From a virus (Duplodnaviria; Caudoviricetes): a stretch of DNA of 27,770 nucleotides. Location: the IMG/VR virus record IMGVR_UViG_3300012953_000169, positions 1 through 27,770 of that record; one strand, written 5' to 3'. The notes beneath the pieces are model-generated. The model had not been told where the DNA came from, made no database searches, and saw nothing but the letters and a program-made list of their open reading frames with translations. This document shows, one piece after another, positions 1-7,100 of the stretch. Position numbers and translations under genes: made by a program. Position 1 is the first letter of the stretch. Every line of letters starts with the position of its first letter.

Positions 1-186
1 CTTCGTAAAGGTGACCACACTGTGGATACTGGTTTACGTCTTCGCCTCACATCTAATAATGGAATCACTGCGTTCTTAGGTCTAAGCAAAGCAAATAAGA
101 ATTCACAAGTGGTTCTTAAGTTGCAGCAGGACAGCGTGGGGAGAGTATTGAAAACTGCAGAGGGTGTGCGTGTAGAGAGTATATAA
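1..186 (+). CDS. Hypothetical protein, 3' end only (5' truncated by window)
   Basis: Frame 1 is open from base 1 to TAA at 184-186: LRKGDHTVDTGLRLRLTSNNGITAFLGLSKANKNSQVVLKLQQDSVGRVLKTAEGVRVESI. It is followed by a GC hairpin. Not in the ORF track because the start lies outside the window. Confidence 0.75.
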   Translation, partial: LRKGDHTVDTGLRLRLTSNNGITAFLGLSKANKNSQVVLKLQQDSVGRVLKTAEGVRVESI

Positions 187-210
187 TCAATCGTTCGTGA
201 ATCAGACAGT

Positions 211-236
211 GGGGGCGTTGATGCCCCCCTTATATT
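211..236 (+). terminator. GC-rich hairpin, possible intrinsic terminator
   Basis: GGGGGC (211-216) pairs with GCCCCC (223-228) around a GTTGAT loop, about 25 nt after the upstream stop. The tail CTTATATT is a poor U-tract. Confidence 0.5.
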
Positions 237-348
237 AAAAACGGGTAACTACCCTAACCTACAAAGTGTTACCCAAGGCAGCTATGTTTCTCCAAGTAAT
301 ATAAAATTTTTTTTCCCTATATAAAAACGACCATGAAGTCGTCATAAC

Positions 349-519
349 ATGAAAAAAAATTTTGAAGAAATTTTTAGCACCATAGAGATTGACCAAGCAG
401 CTGATAGATATCATATAACGATTCCAGAGGAAGTCATGAACGAATTCGGATGGTTCGAAGATACAGAATTACAATGGGTTATTGATGGAACTGAGATAAT
501 GATTCAAGAAAAAGAATGA
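349..519 (+). CDS. AbrB/MazE/SpoVT-family DNA-binding protein (56 aa)
   Basis: Manual translation: MKKNFEEIFSTIEIDQAADRYHITIPEEVMNEFGWFEDTELQWVIDGTEIMIQEKE. The ITIPxEV..xFGW..DTEL.W.IDG.EI.I pattern fits the swapped-hairpin AbrB fold. The stop overlaps the next start (ATGA 516-519). Confidence 0.75.
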   Translation: MKKNFEEIFSTIEIDQAADRYHITIPEEVMNEFGWFEDTELQWVIDGTEIMIQEKE

Positions 520-683
520 AAGAGTATCACATATATTTCAAGAAACGTTGTATATTCAAAGAACTGAGTGAAATACAATTTAAACTTATATGGCCATTAC
601 TAAATCGAGATTATAATACCGAGTTATCCTACTCAGAAATTACGGAAAACCCCTCTGAATCGTATATCGACGCATCTTATTGA
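516..683 (+). CDS. Small hypothetical phage protein (55 aa)
   Basis: MKEYHIYFKKRCIFKELSEIQFKLIWPLLNRDYNTELSYSEITENPSESYIDASY. ATGA overlap with the AbrB-like gene; fills the gap up to the promoter. Confidence 0.7.
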   Translation: MKEYHIYFKKRCIFKELSEIQFKLIWPLLNRDYNTELSYSEITENPSESYIDASY

Positions 684-708
684 CAATGCATATATAAGGT
701 GATATAAT
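680..708 (+). promoter_or_regulatory. Consensus sigma70-type (host RNAP, early) promoter
   Basis: TTGACA (680-685), 17-nt spacer, TATAAT (703-708), with extended -10 TG at 700-701. Lies 22 nt upstream of ATG 731. Confidence 0.9.
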
Positions 709-712
709 TGAC

Positions 713-724
713 TTGTAATTACAA
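713..724. promoter_or_regulatory. Perfect 12-bp palindrome over the predicted +1, candidate operator
   Basis: TTGTAATTACAA is its own reverse complement and starts 4 nt after the -10 box. Confidence 0.5.
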
Positions 725-730
725 CACGTT

Positions 731-1495
731 ATGGCTAAAGGATTTACAGTAAAAGCAAAGCCTCCCACTGGTTCATCGGGAAATAAAGAACCTGAGTGGG
801 ATATTGATAAAGCAAAGGAAATGGTAAAAGGGAAGTCAGTAGTCTTCTGTTTACCAGGAAGAGGAGTATCCTACCAATTCTTAAAGAGTTTCGTACAACT
901 ATGTTTTGACTTGGTACAGAATGGAGCAAGCATACAAATATCTCAAGATTATTCATCCATGGTGAATTTTGCAAGATGTAAGTGTCTTGGTGCGAATGTT
1001 CTCAGAGGTCCAGATCAGATTCCATGGGACGGAAAATTAAAGTATGACTGGCAACTATGGATTGACTCAGATATTGTTTTCAACACAGAAAAGTTCTATC
1101 AGTTAGTATTGATGGATAAAGATATTGCAGGAGGATGGTATTGTACCGAAGATGGTAAGACAACTTCTGTAGCACATTGGTTAGAAGAAGATGATTTCAG
1201 AAATAATGGTGGAGTCATGAATCATGAAACCATTGATAGTATTTCGAAGAGAAAGAAACCATTCACAGTAGACTATACAGGTTTCGGATGGCTCCTAATC
1301 AAGAATGGAGTATTTGAAAATGAAGGTCTCAAGTATCCTTGGTTTGCTCCGAAGATGCAAGTATTCGAGAGTGGCGAGGTGCAGGATATGTGTGGCGAAG
1401 ATGTCTCTTTCTGCCTAGATGCAATAGCAGCAGATTTCGAAATTTGGTGCGATCCTCGTGTAAGAGTAGGTCATGAGAAAACAAGAATTATATAA
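731..1495 (+). CDS. GT-A fold (family 2-like) glycosyltransferase, 254 aa
   Basis: DxD motif in WQLWIDSDIVF, then TGFGWLLIK, the catalytic-base-type GED motif (CGEDVSFC) and C-terminal WCDPRVRVGH, in the order expected for GT2-like enzymes. Substrate unknown. Confidence 0.75.
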   Translation: MAKGFTVKAKPPTGSSGNKEPEWDIDKAKEMVKGKSVVFCLPGRGVSYQFLKSFVQLCFDLVQNGASIQISQDYSSMVNFARCKCLGANVLRGPDQIPWDGKLKYDWQLWIDSDIVFNTEKFYQLVLMDKDIAGGWYCTEDGKTTSVAHWLEEDDFRNNGGVMNHETIDSISKRKKPFTVDYTGFGWLLIKNGVFENEGLKYPWFAPKMQVFESGEVQDMCGEDVSFCLDAIAADFEIWCDPRVRVGHEKTRII

Positions 1496-1643
1496 AATTC
1501 TTATTGATGGTAAAGAAGTATTCACTGGACTCGGACAGGGAGAGTACTTTCATAGAATGGAGGACTATGCACTGGAGTACTACCAGACAGGTTCTCCACA
1601 TCCCGATACAGTAAAAACTGAGATTTACATAGAGGAAAATTAA
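1473..1643 (+). CDS. Small hypothetical phage protein (56 aa)
   Basis: MRKQELYKILIDGKEVFTGLGQGEYFHRMEDYALEYYQTGSPHPDTVKTEIYIEEN. The start overlaps the 3' end of the glycosyltransferase gene and the stop overlaps the next ATG (TAATG 1641-1645). Confidence 0.7.
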   Translation: MRKQELYKILIDGKEVFTGLGQGEYFHRMEDYALEYYQTGSPHPDTVKTEIYIEEN

Positions 1644-1789
1644 TGGCAAAGGTAACAGGTGGTCTGAGTGGTGAAGATTTTGTATCATCACCACCGAAGA
1701 AGACTCGACAAGGAAGTGGGAAGCACACAAAATATACGGCGACCTCTCGTAACTCGGCTCGTAAGAGGCCTAGAGGGCAAGGAAAGTAA
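1643..1789 (+). CDS. Small basic peptide ending RGQGK (48 aa)
   Basis: MAKVTGGLSGEDFVSSPPKKTRQGSGKHTKYTATSRNSARKRPRGQGK. Shine-Dalgarno GAGGA at 1632-1636, TAATG coupling, and a terminator directly after the stop. Confidence 0.8.
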   Translation: MAKVTGGLSGEDFVSSPPKKTRQGSGKHTKYTATSRNSARKRPRGQGK

Positions 1790-1792
1790 AAT

Positions 1793-1825
1793 AAAGGACT
1801 CCTTTTTATACAGGGGTCTTTTTTT
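1793..1825 (+). terminator. Rho-independent terminator
   Basis: AAAGGACTCCT (1793-1803) pairs with AGGGGTCTTTT (1812-1822), including two G-U pairs. T-run at 1819-1825. Confidence 0.85.
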
Positions 1826-1837
1826 ATTGACAACCCA

Positions 1838-1845
1838 TATAAATA
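1838..1845 (+). promoter_or_regulatory. T4-type late promoter (gp55 sigma)
   Basis: Exact TATAAATA 17 nt upstream of the gp25 ATG. A second overlapping TAAATA lies at 1844-1849. Confidence 0.85.
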
Positions 1846-1862
1846 AATAAAAACTATGTCCG

Positions 1863-2264
1863 ATGGCCATTAAGAGGATATCAAGAGCATATAAAGATAT
1901 TAGTCTATCTTTTGAACCTCATCCAGTATCAAATGATTTAAAAGTCTTAAAGAATGAAAATGCTATTCGTAGATCGGTAAGAAATATTGTTCAGACCATA
2001 CCTACGGAAAAATTTTTCAATCCATTATTTGGATCAGATGTCTATAGGAGTCTATTTGACTTTGTAGACTTTGGTACTGCATCTAATATTCAGAGCCAAA
2101 TTGAAATAGCACTAGATAATTATGAGGAAAGAATTAATGATGTAATAGTCGAAGTCGATCCTCAACCAGACCTTAACTCTTTTGAAATAACGGTAAGATA
2201 TGACATTATTGGACAAGAGTTTCCATCACAAGAATATTCATTCCTCCTAGAGGCAACAAGATAA
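1863..2264 (+). CDS. gp25: Baseplate wedge subunit, gp25-like
   Basis: 133 aa with YKDISLSF, NENAIRRSVRNIVQTIPTEKFFNPLFGS and ALDNYEERI, typical of the GPW/gp25 family. Directly upstream of gp6. Confidence 0.92.
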   Translation: MAIKRISRAYKDISLSFEPHPVSNDLKVLKNENAIRRSVRNIVQTIPTEKFFNPLFGSDVYRSLFDFVDFGTASNIQSQIEIALDNYEERINDVIVEVDPQPDLNSFEITVRYDIIGQEFPSQEYSFLLEATR

Positions 2265-2265
2265 C

Positions 2266-4188
2266 ATGCCTTTTACTAAATTTACAGATCTTGATTATGA
2301 TCAGATAAAGACATCAATTAAATCCTATCTCAGGGCTAATTCAGATTTTACTGGATTTGACTTCGAAGGATCTAACTTTTCTGTTCTTATTGATACCCTA
2401 GCATACAACACATATATTACTGCATTCAACTCTAATATGGTAGTTAATGAATCCTTCTTGGATTCGGCAACCATGAGAGAGAATGTGGTATCTCTTGCAC
2501 GTAATATAGGTTATGTACCACGCTCTAGAACGGCAGCAACGGCAAATGTAACCATTACAGTAGGATTGGGTGAAATAGACCCACAGACATCGACTATAAC
2601 GCTAGATGCGGGTCTTGTGTGTGTTGGTAATGCCAGCGATACATCATATGTATTTTCTGTGGTCGAATCGCAGAAGGCAGCAGTTGCTCTAAATGCAAAT
2701 AGTAATTATGAGGCAACTTTTAATCAAATTGATATTAAAGAAGGTATATTCTTAGAGAAAAAATTTCAGATAGATGGGTCATTAGACCAAAGATTTATAT
2801 TAGATAATGAAGGTATTGATACATCTACTATCAAGGTATACATCAGTGATAATCAAGCTACACTGGGTACAGAATATGCACATGTGGATAATATATTAAA
2901 CGTAAATGCCAATTCATTAATTTACTTAATGCAAGAGGTACAGGATGAAAGATATGAATTATTCTTTGGAGATGGGTACTTTGGTAAGAAAATACCTAAT
3001 GGTTATCATGTAACAGTAAGATATGTTGTAACAGATGGTAAAAATGGTAATGGGGTGGGTAAAAATAACACATTTATCTTCTCTGGTAAGATTACAGATG
3101 AAAGTGGTATAGCAGAAACACTAGCTTCAAATCCTGAGGTTATCACAAATCAACCCTCTGCTAATGGATCAGAGATAGAGTCTATCAGTTCTATCAAATA
3201 TTATGCTCCAAGAATCTATTCTTCCCAATATAGGGCAGTTACATCAAGAGATTATGAAGCAATTATTAAAAAAATATACGCTGATACCGAATCTGTAGCA
3301 GTTGTAGGGGGTGAAGAAATGGATCCACCTGAATTTGGTAACGTTATATTAAGTATAAAACCTAAAAATGGGTTTTTTGTCTCTGATTTTAACAAATCTC
3401 GTATTTTATCACAGTTAAAGCAATATTCTGTCTCTGGAATTAACCAAAGAATTGAAGATTTGAAGATTTTATACGTTGAAATTGACTCTTCGGTCTATTT
3501 TAACGAAAATAGAGTGTCAACTGCTGATTCACTACGTTCAAAAGTGGTAAATTCACTTAATACTTACGGAAATTCCGTAGAATTGAACAAATTTGGTGGT
3601 AGATTCAAATATAGTAAGATACAACAGGTCATCGATGCCACTGATACTGCTATAACCTCTAATATTACGAAAATAATCATTAGAAGAAACCTTAAAGCTG
3701 CACTAAATCAGTTTGCACAGTATGAATTATGCTATGGAAACCAATTTCACGTGAATGCTGCTGGTTACAACATCAAATCCAAAGGATTTTATGTGAGTGG
3801 AAATTCTAGACCTGTCTATATTACTGATATTCCTAATGCAGACATGAAAACTGGACTAATTTCTTTCGTAGAAATATTAGATGATGGTACTGATAATGTG
3901 GTCTCTAAAGCGGCAGGAAGCGTTGATTATATAAAAGGTGAAATAATCCTTGGAACAGTGAATATAACCTCTACACTGGACGGTACGGGTGTTGTAGAGG
4001 TACAGGCAATTCCAGAGTCTAATGACGTTGTTGGACTTAGAGAATTATACCTAGATTTTAGTGTTTCAAAAAGTAAAATAAATATGGTAAGAGACGTGAT
4101 TAGTTCGGGTAATGAAATATCTGGAACTACATTTGTTAAAGACTTCTATACTTCAAGTTATCTAAACGGAAAATTAATAAGAGAATAA
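2266..4188 (+). CDS. gp6: Baseplate wedge subunit gp6
   Basis: 640 aa with LDYDQIK, FDFEGSNFSVLIDTLAYNT, ESFLDSATMRENVVSLARNIGYVPRS, YELFFGDG and QYRAVTSRDY, characteristic of T4 gp6. Confidence 0.95.
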   Translation: MPFTKFTDLDYDQIKTSIKSYLRANSDFTGFDFEGSNFSVLIDTLAYNTYITAFNSNMVVNESFLDSATMRENVVSLARNIGYVPRSRTAATANVTITVGLGEIDPQTSTITLDAGLVCVGNASDTSYVFSVVESQKAAVALNANSNYEATFNQIDIKEGIFLEKKFQIDGSLDQRFILDNEGIDTSTIKVYISDNQATLGTEYAHVDNILNVNANSLIYLMQEVQDERYELFFGDGYFGKKIPNGYHVTVRYVVTDGKNGNGVGKNNTFIFSGKITDESGIAETLASNPEVITNQPSANGSEIESISSIKYYAPRIYSSQYRAVTSRDYEAIIKKIYADTESVAVVGGEEMDPPEFGNVILSIKPKNGFFVSDFNKSRILSQLKQYSVSGINQRIEDLKILYVEIDSSVYFNENRVSTADSLRSKVVNSLNTYGNSVELNKFGGRFKYSKIQQVIDATDTAITSNITKIIIRRNLKAALNQFAQYELCYGNQFHVNAAGYNIKSKGFYVSGNSRPVYITDIPNADMKTGLISFVEILDDGTDNVVSKAAGSVDYIKGEIILGTVNITSTLDGTGVVEVQAIPESNDVVGLRELYLDFSVSKSKINMVRDVISSGNEISGTTFVKDFYTSSYLNGKLIRE

Positions 4189-4189
4189 T

Positions 4190-7100
4190 ATGATACACAC
4201 TGGTTTTGAGTCTAGAGTTAAGGTTCAACAAATTCTAAGGAATCAACTTCCCGAATTTGTTGTAAGTGAAAGTCCTAAAACTGTAGACTTTTTAAAGCAA
4301 TATTATATTTCACAGGAATACCAAGGTGGCCCTATTGATATTTCAGATAATCTTGATCAGTATTTAAAAGTAGATAATCTAACACCAGATGTAGTAGTTG
4401 GATTTACTACTCTTACTACAGGTATAGGAACAGCAGAAACAACAATTTCTGTTTCTAATACAAAAGGATTTCCTATTGAGTATGGATTATTAAAAATAAA
4501 TGATGAAATTGTAACATATACTGGAAAGACTGCGACTACCTTTACAGGTTGTGTACGTGGATTTAGTGGAATTACAAGTTATCATAAAGAATTAGATCAA
4601 GAAGAATTAGTATTTTCTACTTCTGAAATAGCAACACATAGTCAAGATGCAAATATTGAAAATTTAAGTTCTTTATTTCTTAAAGAATTCTACAAAAAAC
4701 TAAAATATACCCTGACACCAGGATTAGAGGATGTTCCTTTTATTTCAAATTTAAATGCTGGTTCATTTATAAAAGAAGCAAGGTCATTATATGAAGCAAA
4801 AGGAACTGATGAATCATTTAGGATATTATTTAATGCCTTATATGGTGAGACACCTAAAGTAGTCAATTTAGAAGAATTCTTAATTAAACCATCTTCTGCA
4901 AACTATGTTAGAAGAGAAGTTGTCATTGCAGAATCTATTTCAGGAAATCCTTTAGATTTAGTTGGTCAAACAATATTCAAACTGGATGATACAGATACTA
5001 ATGCTTCTATTTCTGAAGTTGAGGCATTTAGTAGAGCTGGAGTAGCATTAACCACTAATCAACAATATTTTAAAATATCTTTATTCATTGGTTATTCTGA
5101 TGAAGATACTACTATACAAGGAAATTTTAAAATCACACCTGCAACAAGATCTTTAGAGTCAGTTAGTATTGGTTCTTCAGTAATATCTGTAGATTCTACT
5201 GTAGGATTTGCTAATACTGGTGTTCTTATATCTGGTGTTAATACAAGCATCAATTATACTAATAAATCAGTTAATCAATTCTTTGGATGCACTGGAATTG
5301 ATTCTGCTATTACAGAAACTGACACTGTAAGAAATGGTGAAATTTATTATTCATATGAGAATGGTGATACCAGTAAAAAAGTAGAATTAAGACTTACTGG
5401 TGTATTATCAGGGTTTGATCAAATATCTAAAACTTTAGATCTTGATGAAGGCCAAATAATTTCGGTAAAAAATGTTGGTGATTTAATTACAGGAAACTAT
5501 TATGATGAAGTAGCATATCCTTATGAGAAGATGACTCATAAGCAGATATTTGCCAATTCATTAATTTATAATACCTCTGTAAGATATAATATTAAATCTA
5601 TTGCTTCTACTACATTAGTGCTTGAAGGAAAAATTGATAGAAGTAGTCTAAAGAAAGGAGATTTAATAGAAATCGTAGTTAGATCATCTAATAATGTTGT
5701 GCATGGAAGTGCAACTGATGTATTTGTTACGAGAGTTGATAATAATAAAACTGTTGTTATTTCAAGTTCATTTACTGTAACTACTGGTCTAGAGTATGAT
5801 ATTAGAAGAAAAATTCATATTGCAAAAAGTAATAATGTTCCTTTAGAAGTTAGCAATATTATATCAGATGTACAAAATCTGTATATTGAAGATGATAAGA
5901 CTGCATACTTAGCTTCTAATTCTTTACCTTCAGGTGCTACTCCTGATGGAAGTAGTCCTACTGGATTTACTACATCTTTTGTTAATACTATAAAAGTTTC
6001 AACTAAGTCAATTTCTGTCGATTATCCACCATCTATAGTTGGCAATGGATTAACTTCTGAAGTTGCATCATCTACTTTTAGTGCAATTAAGTTTAATGCT
6101 AATATACCATTCGTGAATGGGGATGAGGTATATTATGAACCTTCTGGAATTCCTTATGTTGGTCTTGAAACTGGTTCTTATTTTGTAGGATTATTAACTA
6201 CATCTGGGACATCAGATACTATTCAACTATATGATTCAAAATCATTTATTAACAAAGGAAGTTATATAAAATTAAGAAATAGTAAAGTTGTAGGAGTTGG
6301 TACTACTTTTGTTACTCAATATGCAACTGGTAATCATAAATTTACTTTAAACTCTCAGAAATCAAATGAAATTGGAGTTCAGAAATCTCTTAAGAAATTC
6401 CCATTTGAATTAACCACTAATAGAGCAAATCAGACTAAGACAACTTCAGGTTCTATTGGAATGTTGATTAATGGTGTAGAAGTCACCAATTATAAGACAG
6501 AAGATTATATTTACTATGGTCCTTTAAAATCTGTTGATATTCTTAATAGTGGTGAAGATTATGATATTTTAAACCTACCAAAAATAGAAATATCTGCTGG
6601 AGTAGGAACAACTGCGTTAGTCCAACCAGTAGGTCAAGGTAGTATAGTCAATGTGTTTGTAGATCCACAGGGATTTAATATTGATAAGTTTATATCAATT
6701 AAAACTACTGGTGGTAATAGCACTGCAGTTCTAGAACCTATTATTATTGAGAAGTCTAGAGTTGTTAAATTTGACTCTAGATTTACTGATATTGCACCAG
6801 CTGCTGGTGGTATTAACACAAGTACAAATACTATTAAATTTACAGAAGATCATGGATTCTATACAGCACAAGAAGTAATTTATAATGCTGATGGAAGTTC
6901 AGAGGTTGGGGTTGGAATTGGAACATCAACTTTAGTTACTAATGCAAATTACTTTACAAAAATAATTGATAACGAGACTATTCAATTATTCAATACATCT
7001 TCTGATGCTTTATCTGGAATTAATACAATTGTATTTGGAAGTAATCGTACTTCAGGTATTCAAGAAATATACACACTCCCTAATCAGAAAAATGTTCAGG

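Noticed and set aside
252-257. Telomere-like CCCTAA
   Set aside because: It is a single copy in a phage context, not an array.
333-347. Minigene ATG AAG TCG TCA TAA just before the AbrB-like start
   Set aside because: It has four codons and no SD, and is expected by chance. It cannot be supported without ribosome profiling.
731-760. N-terminal MAKGF motif as a targeting or interaction signal
   Set aside because: It is reminiscent of KGF motifs in cyanobacterial proteins but too short to support any claim from the sequence alone.
1827-1856. TTGACA as a second sigma70 promoter for gp25
   Set aside because: There is no acceptable -10 hexamer at 16-18 nt spacing (AAAAAC, AAAACT, AAACTA). The late box explains the site.
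744-1870. Minus-strand ORFs 744-974, 1488-1730, 1522-1833 and 1688-1870, and + ORF 1668-1850
   Set aside because: They overlap better-supported + strand genes that have an SD, coupling and a terminator. ORF 1668-1850 runs through the terminator and late promoter. None has a recognisable motif.
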